Shown here: in pieces, positions 41,786-52,358 of the stretch | Layout of the letters: every line of letters starts with the position of its first letter | How positions within the stretch are numbered: position 1 is the stretch's first letter | From: Nitrospirota bacterium | Lineage (GTDB): Bacteria; Nitrospirota; UBA9217 | NCBI GenBank assembly: GCA_963818475.1 | Contig: CAWFSF010000005.1 | Location: 320,001-384,000, forward strand | Reading direction: 5' to 3' | Length of the DNA: 64,000 bases | The notes under the pieces: generated by a model | Database searches by the model: none | Told to the model about the DNA's origin: nothing | The model's input: the letters and a program-made list of their open reading frames with translations, nothing else | Made by a program: the position numbers and the translations under genes

Positions 41786-42340
41786 TCAATACGTGCTGCC
41801 ACCTGCGCCGCTTTCCGATTCTTCGCTCATACCGCCTGCCGCGCTCCCGTAAAACGCATTGGCAAAGGCCTGCTTGATGCTCTTATGAGCGTAGTTCTCG
41901 AGCGTGCTCAGTTTGTTTGCCACCTTTCCAACATCGACGCCCAGGTCCTGCGCCAGCTGGCCCCAATCCTCCGTTTTTTGCCGCATGTTCGAGACCTTGG
42001 TGATGTTCGCTTCGGTGGCTCCTCCGGGCATCTCGGCGGCGAAGACGAGCATCGCTGCCACGTCCCCATACAGTTGCTTGTTGCTTCCGATCGCGGCGGT
42101 GGCACCGACCAGGCTGGATACCTTGTCGCTGTTGACCCTGAATGTATCCATCAGCTGCTTCGCAATGATCCTGCCACCCTGAGGCAGGCTCGCGTCGGAG
42201 TTGAGCATGGCGATCTCTGCATTAAGTCTTGCCAGGTCCTTCTGTGTCGGTGTTGATGTTGCTGTCAGAAGGCCGCTCAGGAAGACCAGCGTGACCGCAA
42301 CGACTGCCAGAATCAGCATTGCATGGGTAATCTTTTTCAT
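41786..42340 (-). CDS. Hypothetical exported protein
   Basis: Signal peptide, RBS AGGAGG, WGQLAQDLGV helix motif. Confidence 0.7.
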   Translation of the reverse strand: MKKITHAMLILAVVAVTLVFLSGLLTATSTPTQKDLARLNAEIAMLNSDASLPQGGRIIAKQLMDTFRVNSDKVSSLVGATAAIGSNKQLYGDVAAMLVFAAEMPGGATEANITKVSNMRQKTEDWGQLAQDLGVDVGKVANKLSTLENYAHKSIKQAFANAFYGSAAGGMSEESESGAGGSTY

Positions 42341-42424
42341 GACAGAACCCTCCTTTTTCTCTTATGCAGGTCGTCCCGCTCGCTCTTTTTAAAACAGCGT
42401 CGCATCGCAAATTTTGTTGTCTCT

Positions 42425-43552
42425 CTATCCAAAGTCGAGCATCACCGCAGCGCAGGCCGGTGTGTATTCAGAAACCATCGGTCGAGCAATACATGCCGCG
42501 AGAACCAGCGGCTTTCCATGAGCCTGCGGCTTATGAACCGTTTCATTGCCTGAGGCACTATCCCGGGAGTCGCGCGGCCTTTTCCGAAACGCCCGGCTAA
42601 CAGGGACGGATATCGTAAAAGCCTGCTGCGTTGATAATCCCCGGCAGCGGACAAGAATGACCTCCGCCGCTGTCAAGGCCGACTCTACTGCCGGCCGGAT
42701 CCCCTCCCCGCTTTTTGGATATGCCAGTCCGGCTGCATCTCCGATGAGCATCACGCCGTCATCGACCATGGTTTGCGATGCGCCGTTGTACAGCAGGTAG
42801 GCATGCCCCCTGAAGTTTGCGGGAGTATTCTCCGGGATCCTCTTCGTTTCTTTCAGATAACCGACGAACGACCGCACCTGCTCCGCAATGTTATGCTGTC
42901 TTCGCGGCCAAGCCCGATATTGAGAAAATTCCCTTTTCGTACACACCAGCGCATACCCCTTCAGGTCCTCGTAAAAATAAAGCTCGGGAGTGTCTCCCGC
43001 CACGGCGCACTCGCGCTGCTGAGACTCGTCCATCTCAAATTCCACTTCCTGGGCGATCACTGCTGATCCGTTTCGCTCCCGACCCCCCCTGAGGGATCGT
43101 GCAACGGGGCAGAAATGACCTCCTGCGCCGATCACCAGCGGGGTCTTCATGTCATCATTGACGATCCAGACGCCTTTTTCCCGCTCCATGGTCTTGAGCG
43201 GCTCCCCGAGCCGTAGACGCGCACCGGAGCGCTTGAGAAGATAGTGATCAAATTCAGAACGGCGGATGCCGTAGCTGATCGTGCGTCCATACCGGGTGAC
43301 GATCCCGGCTCCTCCGATCATGCCGGTCCTGAATCCGCTGATCTGCTGCAGCACCCGTCCGCGGGAATACTCGTCCTTGTCCAGATGCAGGAGGTCTGTG
43401 GTCGCGGGCGTGATCCAGCCTGCGCAGACCTTGTCCCGCGGGAACGTGCTCTTATCGAGGACCACTACGTCCAGGCCGCTGGTTCTCAGTTTCCAGGCAA
43501 GCGTGGAGCCTGCAGGCCCGCCGCCGACGATGAGGACGTCACAGGAGTCCAT
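42425..43552 (-). CDS. FAD-dependent oxidoreductase, geranylgeranyl reductase family (frameshifted)
   Basis: IVGGGPAGS, FPRDKVCAG, R.EFDHYL, LIGDAAG...P.SGEGI. Confidence 0.88.
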   Translation of the reverse strand: MDSCDVLIVGGGPAGSTLAWKLRTSGLDVVVLDKSTFPRDKVCAGWITPATTDLLHLDKDEYSRGRVLQQISGFRTGMIGGAGIVTRYGRTISYGIRRSEFDHYLLKRSGARLRLGEPLKTMEREKGVWIVNDDMKTPLVIGAGGHFCPVARSLRGGRERNGSAVIAQEVEFEMDESQQRECAVAGDTPELYFYEDLKGYALVCTKREFSQYRAWPRRQHNIAEQVRSFVGYLKETKRIPENTPANFRGHAYLLYNGASQTMVDDGVMLIGDAAGLAYPKSGEGIRPAVESALTAAEVILVRCRGLSTQQAFTISVPVSRAFRKRPRDSRDSASGNETVHKPQAHGKPLVLAACIARPMVSEYTPACAAVMLDFG

Positions 43553-44824
43553 GTTCCCTCCGGGAGCGGCCGGTCTCTGCATACAGACGGGGCCCGTGTC
43601 CAGGGCAGGTCGTTCTTGTTCGGACGCGCAAAGACCACCTGGAAGAGCTGAAGGTCCCCGGCAGTAAAGGACGCAATGGACCCGGCGAGATAGAGCCTCC
43701 AGGACCGTATGAACTTCTGATCGTACATCGTGCCGATCCGGTCCTTCGCCTGTTCAAATCTTGTCCAGCCAGTGCTCGCAGCGTTTTCGCATAATGCAGC
43801 CGGAGGTTTTCAACATCGAGGATGGAAAACCCGGAAGGCTCGAATATCTCCATCATCTCCCGCAGGGTCGGCATATAGGAGCCGGGGAAGATATGCCGTT
43901 CTATCCAGGGATTCATGGGTTCCGCCTTGTTTCGTCCTATGGAGTGGATAAGCCCTCTCCCGTTCTCCTTCAGCGAGCGTCCTATGATCTTGCCGAGCTC
44001 CCGGTAATAGCGGGTGCCCACGTGTTCCAGCATTCCGATCGACACGAAGACGTCGAATCTGCCCGATATGTTCCGGTAATCGTCCTCGACAAATTCCACC
44101 GCGGTCGTCCAGCCCTTCCGCCTTCGCCCGTTCACGGGCGCTGACGACCTGCTGATGAGAAATATTATAGGCCTTGACCTTGACGCCGTAATTCCTGGCC
44201 ATGTGCAAGCGCAAGGGTCCCCCATCCGCACCCTGCTTCCACGACCGTTTCCCCGGGCTTGAGCATCAGCTTTTTGCAGACATGGTCCATCTTGGCGAGT
44301 CTGGGCCTCTTCCAGGGTAGCGGAGGGCGTCCTGGAAATAGGCGCACGTATACTGCATTTTTTCATCAAGCCAGAGCCGGTAAAAGTCGTTGCCGATATC
44401 ATAGTGATCGTGAATGTTTTCTTTCGATCCGCTCAGGGTGTTCGAGCGGGGCCGGTTGAAGAACGTCGTTCTCTATGCGTTGACGAAACCGGCCTTGGGT
44501 GCCTTCGCCATGCACCTGAACAGGGAGTCCATGATCTCGGCCAGGTCCCCTTCTACCTCGATGCTTCCTTCGCTGTAAGACGTCTCCGAAGTGAAGTTCA
44601 GGATGGACGAATAAGTGCAGCAGTGTTTTTCGATCGCGGATACGAACCGTGCCGACCGATTTTCCCTTTGCCGGACAGACCTTGCTGCCGTTCCCTATGA
44701 CCATGGTGACAGGGGGGTCGCCTAAGAGCGCCATTTGTCTGCGGATCATCTTCTTCTCAATATCGATCAGTCTGTCAAACGGGAAAATGCTGCCAAGGCC
44801 TTTGGTGTCAGCTGATTCATCCAT
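43539..44824 (-). CDS. Cyclopropane-fatty-acyl-phospholipid synthase-family methyltransferase (frameshifted)
   Basis: [58 protein letters not shown]; exact product uncertain. Confidence 0.88.
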
Positions 44825-45060
44825 GTTTCTCTCCCTTACGCGAAGGATCAGAAGTTCTATGCAATTTCGTACCTAGTGGGAAGCGCCTCATCGCATAAAT
44901 ACAAATATAATACGCATTTATGCCTTGTCAACTCCGTATGCCTCATAACTGCAACATTCTGGAGCTGGTATACTCACAGAGTAGTGTTTTTGCCTCTATC
45001 ATCTGATGTAAGCTGCGGGTCGTGCAAAACGCCATCCTCAGAAAGAAGGTCAGGAGGACG

Positions 45061-46236
45061 ATGAAACACAATGCCTCCGCGACGTTGGCCAGGAATATGA
45101 TGCTTGAATTTGCCAAACAGACCGGGCTTGAACCGGCCAGGGAAGTGCCGCAACGCTACTTATGGACCGACGCTTTTGCCGTTTGCAACTTCCTGGAGCT
45201 TTATCGTCAAACGAGTGACGAGCACTACAGGGAACTCGCCCTCCGCCTCGTCGACCAGGTCCATGAGGTTCTCGGACGGCACCGTGACGATGACCCGCGA
45301 ACCGGCTGGATCAGCGGTCTCGATGAGGAGGAGGGCGCACTGCACCCCACGCGAGGCGGGTTGCGGATCGGCAAGGGAATGAACGAGCGCAAGCCCGATG
45401 ATCCTTATGACGAACAGCTGGAATGGGACCGGGACGGACAGTACTATCATTACCTGACGAAGTGGATGCACGCTCTCAACCGGGTGAGCCGGGCAACGGG
45501 AGCTCCTACCTGCCAGGGATGGGCGATCGAGCTCGCGAAGACAGCACATGCCAGGTTTACCTACAATCCTCCGGCCGGCGGACGGAAACGCCTGTACTGG
45601 AAAATGAGCATCGATCTCTCGCGTCCGCTGGTACCATCGATGGGGCATCACGATCCGCTCGACGGACTCATCACGTACCTCCAGCTCCAGACGACTGCGC
45701 CAACCGCTTCTGAGAGATCCGCACGACCCGACCTCAGCGCCGAGATACGGGATATGGCAGATATGTGCGAAGGGAAAAGGTGGGAAACAGATGACGCCCT
45801 TGGTATTGGCGAGCTCCTGAGCGCTACCTGCAAGCTGGCGCAATTGATGTTCATCGAAGGTCTTGAGCAGGCCGGCCTTCTGAACGCTCTCCTGGATTCT
45901 GCCCTGATAAGTTTACAGGCCTATGCAAGCAGCGACCCCTTAAAGCTTCCTGCCCGATACCGGCTCGCATTTCGCGAGCTGGGATTATCCATAGGATTAC
46001 ACGGGATCGAGAAAATGCCGGAATTGCTCGAACAAGCTCCGCAGAACATCACCGGGAAACATACGCTGCATTCGCTCATCGAACGCCTGATGCAGTATAC
46101 CGTGCTCAGTGACCGTATCGAAACGTTTTGGCTCGACCCTTCAAACAACCGGGGAAGCGGATGGACAGCGCATCGTGATATCAACAGGGTCATGCTGGCA
46201 ACCAGCCTGGCCCCCGACGGGTATCTCTCCCTGTGA
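45061..46236 (+). CDS. Conserved hypothetical protein (possible alpha/alpha-toroid fold)
   Basis: RYLWTDAFAV, GGLRIGK, DGQYYHYLTKWMHAL, WKMSIDLSRP, RLAFRELGL, HRDINRVMLA. Confidence 0.75.
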   Translation: MKHNASATLARNMMLEFAKQTGLEPAREVPQRYLWTDAFAVCNFLELYRQTSDEHYRELALRLVDQVHEVLGRHRDDDPRTGWISGLDEEEGALHPTRGGLRIGKGMNERKPDDPYDEQLEWDRDGQYYHYLTKWMHALNRVSRATGAPTCQGWAIELAKTAHARFTYNPPAGGRKRLYWKMSIDLSRPLVPSMGHHDPLDGLITYLQLQTTAPTASERSARPDLSAEIRDMADMCEGKRWETDDALGIGELLSATCKLAQLMFIEGLEQAGLLNALLDSALISLQAYASSDPLKLPARYRLAFRELGLSIGLHGIEKMPELLEQAPQNITGKHTLHSLIERLMQYTVLSDRIETFWLDPSNNRGSGWTAHRDINRVMLATSLAPDGYLSL

Positions 46237-46266
46237 CAGGTCAGTGATTTTATTTGCTTTTAACTC

Positions 46267-46449
46267 GGTTCCCATGCGAAAATTTAGCCAGGCGACCGAG
46301 TCCGAGGGTGAAGCATTTCGGACTGTCTGAGCCCGCAGGGCGAGTTTCCGAAATGTACCGAGGACGACTGAGCATGGCGTAAAGAATTATCGCCGGGTGC
46401 CCTTCTTTGGGTCACCTTTATTGGGCACGCAACAAAGGTGACAAGAAGT
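46267..46449 (+). repeat. 183-bp structured dispersed repeat, copy 1
   Basis: Reverse complement of 63291..63473 with about 6 substitutions; multiple internal hairpins. Confidence 0.9.
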
Positions 46450-46554
46450 GTATGCCATGTTTCTGGAAGAGCATTTTTTCGCAGGCGGCCCAAGCGATCA
46501 GCTGCCTTAAAAAACACCCTGATCCGCCCACACAAATGTCTGAAGCCTTATTTC

Positions 46555-47280
46555 TTATTTTTGAATCTCCCCCACCATCGGCACAAAGGCCACCGGGCTT
46601 AACTGTTGAACGTCCAGTTCGCCTTTTCTCTTGGTCGCCAGCGTCAGCGTCTGGAAATAGAGCGTGCTGCCGAGCGGCACGATGAGCTTGCCGCCCTCCT
46701 TGAGCTGCTTGATGAGCGGAGGCGGGATATGGTTTGCCGCTGCCGTGATGATGATGGCGTCAAAGGGGCCATACTCTTCCCACCCGAAATACCCGTCGCC
46801 ATACTTCACCTTCACGTTCCCATGGCCCATATCAGCGAGCACCTTCGCAGCCCTGTCAACCAGGGTCTTCCTGATCTCGATGGTATAGACGTCCTTCACG
46901 ATCCGGGAAAGCACTGCAGCCTGATAGCCCGAGCCGGTCCCGATCTCCAGGACCCGGTCTCCGGGCTTGAGCTGCAAAGCTTCGGTCATGAGCGCCACCA
47001 CATAGGGCTGGGATATGGTCTGGCCCTCGCCGATCGGCAGGGGATGGTCGGCGTATGCCTTGTCTTGATAGGAGGCATTCACGAACAGATGCCTTGGTAC
47101 CGTGCCCATGACGCCGAGGACGACAGGGTCCTTCACTCCTCTGGCTTTGATATCATGCTCGACCATCTGAGCCCGCTTGAGCGCATACTTGTCCGCGGCA
47201 GCAGACAGGGCCGGTGAAAGCAAGAGGATGATAAGGGTATATACCGGAAGCAGGAATGCGGTTTTCAGGTGTTCGCTCAT
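46555..47280 (-). CDS. pcm: Protein-L-isoaspartate O-methyltransferase
   Basis: [32 protein letters not shown]...PFDAI, FVPM. Confidence 0.95.
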   Translation of the reverse strand: MSEHLKTAFLLPVYTLIILLLSPALSAAADKYALKRAQMVEHDIKARGVKDPVVLGVMGTVPRHLFVNASYQDKAYADHPLPIGEGQTISQPYVVALMTEALQLKPGDRVLEIGTGSGYQAAVLSRIVKDVYTIEIRKTLVDRAAKVLADMGHGNVKVKYGDGYFGWEEYGPFDAIIITAAANHIPPPLIKQLKEGGKLIVPLGSTLYFQTLTLATKRKGELDVQQLSPVAFVPMVGEIQK

Positions 47281-47427
47281 CGGACTCCTTGCCTCCTCTG
47301 GATGCATCCGGCAAAGGCGATGAAAAAGAGGGACGCTTTTTTGCGGTAAAATAAAAAGTAAAAAAAGCACACAAAGCTATCGTCTTTCACGATCAAATGA
47401 TCTTAAGCGATTGTGTTTTTCAGATCA

Positions 47428-47679
47428 TTACGTCTCTACGTTACACACTTCATTGTCGCCGAACTGACAATCATCAGGAAGCACGGTCTGCTCGCCATGT
47501 CCTTTTATCCGCCCCTTGATGGACTGGATCGCGCCCGGCTCCGCATGGAGAATCTCCGGAATGGACGGTGCCGGCTCGCGTGATTCATCTGACTCGTCTC
47601 TGAATGCCCTCACTTCGTAGGCCTCGGTCAGCGTTTCACGTACCGCAGGTTTTCTTTTTCTTTTTAGCGCCCCTTTCAT
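47428..47679 (-). CDS. Small hypothetical protein
   Basis: RBS GAGG; 83 aa. Confidence 0.45.
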   Translation of the reverse strand: MKGALKRKRKPAVRETLTEAYEVRAFRDESDESREPAPSIPEILHAEPGAIQSIKGRIKGHGEQTVLPDDCQFGDNEVCNVET

Positions 47680-47918
47680 TGCCCTCGCCTCCTTTCTGTG
47701 CGACTCTCTCTTTCTTTAAGTATAGCACCGCCAGGGTCCCCTCTACCGATATCGTCAGCAAAAACGCCTGTCCGATACCCGGCACCGCACACCCGGGCCT
47801 ATCACCGAATTTTGCACTGACTTTGTCCGTTCCCTATGATATACTCCGACCTGTATTTGCAGAAGGCCCGCACTGCAGAAGCCGGGACACTCCACCACAA
47901 ATGGCAGGAGACCTCGTT

Positions 47919-48608
47919 ATGAATCAGAAAAAAATATTGATTTCCGAAGACTTGCAGCCCATGCTGCTGCAACAACAAGATGTTTTTTCCCGGTCGGATA
48001 TCGCTTTCTTTCCTGTTACTTCAAATGACGAGATCCTGAAGATCCATTTTCTGGAAAAGGTCAATCTCATCGTGACCAGGCTCAACATGCCGGGTCTCCG
48101 AACCGAAGAACTCTTCACCATCATCAGACAGACCCCGGACCTCCAGCACGTTTCCATTCTTATGCTCCACGATGACACGATCAGCCAGCGTGAACTGAGC
48201 AGGCAGTGCAGATGCAATGCGATCATGATCATGCCGGTTGCAGCAGACGCCCTGCACCGAAAAACGCAGGAACTCCTGAACGTCCCCGCCCGGCAGACCT
48301 ATCGCGTTGTCCTCAATGTGGCGGTTGACGGGATGTTCGGAAACAAGCCCTTCATGTGCCGCATGGAGAACATCAGCGCTACGGGCATGCTCATCAAGAC
48401 AGAGCAGAAGTTCGAAACGGGCATGACGATCTCCTGTTCGTTTTACCTCCCTGACGGCACCCGCGTCAGCACTCGTGGCGAGTTCGTGAGGACGGTCGCC
48501 CAGCATGGGCAGCAGGTCGAAAACCTCTATGGGATAAAATTCACGGACACCCTGTTTGAGGACAAAAAAGCGATCGAGCGGTTCGTTGCGAAATCGATGG
48601 CGAATTGA
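47919..48608 (+). CDS. Receiver-like + PilZ domain protein
   Basis: Degenerate receiver, then RQTYR (RxxxR) and NISATG (N/DxSxxG). Confidence 0.85.
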   Translation: MNQKKILISEDLQPMLLQQQDVFSRSDIAFFPVTSNDEILKIHFLEKVNLIVTRLNMPGLRTEELFTIIRQTPDLQHVSILMLHDDTISQRELSRQCRCNAIMIMPVAADALHRKTQELLNVPARQTYRVVLNVAVDGMFGNKPFMCRMENISATGMLIKTEQKFETGMTISCSFYLPDGTRVSTRGEFVRTVAQHGQQVENLYGIKFTDTLFEDKKAIERFVAKSMAN

Positions 48609-48816
48609 TGCAGTTATTGCGAATTGCGAAGGTTAATATGGCCCCTCCCGGAAGCTGAGGGTATTGGGAGAGTGGGAGCTGCTGAGACTTGGCAAGAATT
48701 ACTTCGTTCGTATTACATTGAACCAGGGCAACTGTCAGTACCCTGCCTTGGAAAACTTTCCGCCTTACTTCTTTTTAGGTGCAGATCAAATTCGGCCCAA
48801 ACTAGCTAAATTATTT

Positions 48817-48909
48817 AGCCACAGAAAGCACAGAAGGCACAAGAAAAGTTTGAATTCGCTGTTCGGGTTTCCGCTTTCCTTTGTGCTCTTTGTGATTTAT
48901 GTGGCTAAT
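48817..48909. repeat. Palindromic intergenic repeat (CACAGA family)
   Basis: TTAGCCACAGAAAGCACAGAAGGCACAAG...CTTTGTGCTCTTTGTGATTTATGTGGCTAA; related to 35890..35955. Confidence 0.6.
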
Positions 48910-48958
48910 CTGTTTTCCGGTGCGTACGGGTCTGGTTCAACACAGCTTACATCGATGC

Positions 48959-49339
48959 TTAATGCGCGCACCCGCCGTCTTTGCCGTGGCCCCCGCAGCA
49001 CGACCGGACCGAGTATACCGACAGGGCCTTCGAGGTGAAGAGACCCATATTCTCGTCGATCGTAGCTCCCTCTGCGCGGTACACCGTGATACCCATCTGG
49101 TTCAGCTTTGTAAGAGCGCCCGCCCCTATGCCGCCTACGACGATAACGTCGATACTCTGATTGTCCAGCGCCTTCATGGGGCTGCAGGCGCCGTGCGCAT
49201 GGTGCTGGTCGCCGTTGCTGATCGTTGAAACGCCGTTCGTGTCAGTGTCGACGACCACGAACTTCGGAGCGGACCCGAAGTGGTTGAACACCGTGCTTTT
49301 GAGCCCTTCATCGTTCTGTACCGGAAAGCAGATCTTCAT
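48959..49339 (-). CDS. NifB/NifX-family (FeMo-cofactor-binding fold) protein
   Basis: HFGSAP.F, VGGIGAGA, His/Cys-rich termini. Confidence 0.85.
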   Translation of the reverse strand: MKICFPVQNDEGLKSTVFNHFGSAPKFVVVDTDTNGVSTISNGDQHHAHGACSPMKALDNQSIDVIVVGGIGAGALTKLNQMGITVYRAEGATIDENMGLFTSKALSVYSVRSCCGGHGKDGGCAH

Positions 49340-49380
49340 GGTATATCCTCCTTAGTGGATGGCTGTAAATAATAAGTTAA

Positions 49381-49662
49381 TCAATCTTCATACACGATGG
49401 CCTTGCCCCGGGCAAGGGCCGTCACGACCTTCTTTCGCGCAGCCGACAGTATCCGCTGCACCGTGCCTCTCGACACCCTCATCTTCACACCGGCTTCCTC
49501 CTGCGTCAGGTCGTCGAGGTCGCAGAGCTTCATGGCCTCCAGTTCATCCCGCGACAGGGAGATCTGCTCCACCTCGGACATGGGTATGCCCGTGGGTTTG
49601 AACGCTTTGCCTTTGAAGCTGCACTTGCAGTGGCGCGGTTTTTTCTTCCTGGGGCTCACCAT
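49381..49662 (-). CDS. DUF134-domain DNA-binding protein
   Basis: FKP.G, DELEAMKLCD...LTQEEAG..M.VSRGTVQRIL. Confidence 0.88.
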   Translation of the reverse strand: MVSPRKKKPRHCKCSFKGKAFKPTGIPMSEVEQISLSRDELEAMKLCDLDDLTQEEAGVKMRVSRGTVQRILSAARKKVVTALARGKAIVYED

Positions 49663-49875
49663 GCCTCCTACTGATCTGTGTATATGCACAATAGCCTAAC
49701 AGGCGCATCCTCGCTTGTCAAGAGGATTGTCGTGCAACACGTGCTTTTCGCCCTTATTTTATGCGGATCAGAACGCTGTTTTACTTTTGATTGTCAACGG
49801 AGCAGTACGTAGGAGAGAGCCCGGGGGATTATAGAATGTCCCCATCTGTTTCCGACGCCCGGGCCCGTTAGACGG

Positions 49876-51373
49876 TCAAGGAGCGGAGATCGTGTGGATC
49901 GTGTTTATGCTAATAGTTCCCGACCCGGCTTTTCCTTTGAAGGAGGCTCTTATGGTAGCGCTTCCCGCTTGGTCGCCGCCAATGACGCGGCCCGCCTGGG
50001 CCTGGTCGATCTCCGCGATACTCGTGTCGGATGTTTCCCAGTCCACTGTTCCAGTGAGGTCCTGTGTGGTCCCGTCCGAATAGCTGCCGATGGCCCCAAA
50101 CCGCGCTGTCTCGCCCACCATGATCATCGCGCTCTCCGGCATGATCGTAATGGAAATAAGCTCACGCCTGACCTTGAGCCTGGCGCTTCCGCGCTTCGTT
50201 CCGAGCGAGGCCGATATCGTCACGGCTCCTGCCACGTTGCCTGCAACGGCGCGGCCGGTGGCGTCAACGACCGCAACCTTGGCATTGGAGGAGCTCCAGA
50301 CCGCAGACGAGGTGATGTCCTTGACCGTCTTGTCCGAGAACTTTCCCATTGCCGTGAACTGCTGGACCGCACCATTCACGATCGATCTTGAGGCAGGCGT
50401 CACTACGATGGACAGGATGTCTCGGCTGACGTTGAGCACGGTCGACCCGGTCATATCACCGATCGCGGCCGAGATAGTGGCCGCTCCAAGCTCTGCTCCT
50501 GCGGCGATCCCGGACAGGTCGATCTTCGCGACGTTGACATCGGACGAACTCCACGTTGCGAACCAGGTGATATCTTTTTCGATATTGTCCGGATAATGCG
50601 CAACGCCGGCAAATTGCAGGGAGGCCCCCTTGGTGATCGTCGGTGAAGCCGGCGCGACCGTTATTGATACGAGTTCCTCCCGCGCGTCCCGCTGCAGGTT
50701 CCAGCGGATCCAGTCGTTGAGCGTGGCCTTCGGATCGAAATCCTGCGGCAGCGATACGCCCTCCTGCGTTGAAACAGAAACCTGCTGCAAGGCCTGGACG
50801 CTGACGGGCCGGACCTCCGCAAGCGCGCTTGTCTGGCCAACGGTCTGGGGCGCTTCCCTCGCCGCAATCACGGCCGGAACAACGCCTTCGTACACGTTGA
50901 TCGTAGTGCTCGCGTCATTCCTCCGCATCCACACGGTAGACAGTTTCTTTTGCGGCGACGAGGCCGGTACTGGTGATCACCTCCACATAGGAGTCGGGCG
51001 TTGCGCGCTTTTTTATCTTCGCCCATAACTTGCCATTGTGGAGAAACGCCTGCAAGTACAGTATGCCCGTCCGGTGCTCGAACTGCAGCATCCGCATCGT
51101 GAGGCGCGAGTTTTCCGACAGTCTCAAGGAGCCTCCGTCGGGCAAGCGGAGCTCAAGCCTGGAATTCTCCTGCACTTCCACCCGATCGTTCTTTGCGATG
51201 CTGTCGTTCTTCCTGATCAAGCGTCCTGCAGGCGTTTCATCGGTAAAGACGCGGACGGTTCCCTCGACCTGTGTCGCAACAGCTACTCCGTCCGGCACGA
51301 CTACTTCGGATGCCACGTTTACGATCAGCATTACAATGACCAATGCAAGAACAAGAGAAAATAAATGCTTCAT
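49876..51373 (-). CDS. FecR-domain protein with three Ig-like (Big_2) repeats (frameshift near 50930)
   Basis: VEG.V, SRLELRLPDG..LRL.ENS; three repeats of SI...P.S..I..G...QF.A...Y.D...D.T....W.SS...VA.ID. Confidence 0.8.
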
Positions 51374-51445
51374 GCAGATACTATCCTTTCTCCGATGCGC
51401 GAAAACATTGCCGAAATTCAGGAAATCCTGGTAATGCGCATTGCC

Positions 51446-51769
51446 CTAAATTCGGATATACTTTCGCACCTTGACTTCCAGTAGATTAACAAGCTCTGGC
51501 TGCATTCGGTCGTAAATATCGGGAATATCCAAGCACACCAATCGTTTATTTTTCAGAAGTTCCCGATACTTTTTAGCTATTTTGTTTCTATGGCTATTCT
51601 CCATAACAAAAACCATGTCGGCCCACTCGATCAGATCACCCGATAGCGGTGTGGCGGCATCTGTGTTGGTGCCTGCGCCGATAGCCTGAACGCCAGGGTA
51701 CTTCGAGAATACCGCCTCGGCGGTTGGGCTTCGCAGTCGATTTTCGCTGCACACGAACAACAAGTTCAC
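51446..51769 (-). CDS. Low-molecular-weight protein-tyrosine-phosphatase family protein
   Basis: P-loop VCSENRLRSPTAE, WAD..FVME, CLDIPD.Y. Confidence 0.9.
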   Translation of the reverse strand: MNLLFVCSENRLRSPTAEAVFSKYPGVQAIGAGTNTDAATPLSGDLIEWADMVFVMENSHRNKIAKKYRELLKNKRLVCLDIPDIYDRMQPELVNLLEVKVRKYIRI

Positions 51770-52002
51770 GGTTTTCTATCCTCGGATGATGAGTCTGCAG
51801 AATAATTACCTTCAAAACATCTACGCGCCAGGCTTTGCTTAACTCGATTAAACATCTGCGACATCTCGCGATGATCGCCAGGTGAGGATAAGGCCGTTCT
51901 TCTAGCTCAGAATTGTTGCATTACTATTCTTATCTGCTTCAGTGGAATTACATCACTGCCCTCAAGGTATTAAAATGAGCCTTTTTAGAGGTTTTCCTAC
52001 AG

Positions 52003-52049
52003 GTTCAACGACGAGTTCACACGCCGCGGCGTGGAATGAGTTGTTGTCC
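52003..52049 (-). mobile_element. Integron attC site (loop deleted)
   Basis: Minus strand GGACAAC AACTCATTCCACGCCG CGGCGTGTGAACTCGTC GTTGAAC; arms match 60045..60101. Confidence 0.7.
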
Positions 52050-52202
52050 TCTATGATTTGCTATGTTCCTTTCTTTGTCCCAGTCAAATCAGATATGATT
52101 CAAATATTTACATTGTAAAGATAATATAATGACTAGTCAAATTGTATTATGGATGAGGAGTTGAAGAAAGGTTTGGATGAATCATTTCGGTATCGGGCTC
52201 AG

Positions 52203-52330
52203 GTACAACCGCCGATAATATGGACAAGTTGGTTCCGAAGGCGAATTCGCATGAGCTACTGGAAACGGTGGCATGAGCTGAGGAAACGTATCGCCCCCGC
52301 TACCCGATTGGAATAGTATCGCCGTTTAGA
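52203..52330 (-). mobile_element. Possible long attC-like site
   Basis: Minus strand TCTAAAC GGCGATACTAT...ATATTATCGGCG GTTGTAC, 28 bp after the 52359 stop; internal direct repeat GCATGAGCT..GGAAACG. Confidence 0.4.
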
Positions 52331-52358
52331 GGTACTCAACGAACTGCGCAAACAACTT

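Noticed and set aside
48959-49339. Nitrogen fixation or denitrification inferred from NifX-like and NosL-like genes
   Set aside because: No nif or nos structural genes in the window; both families commonly occur alone
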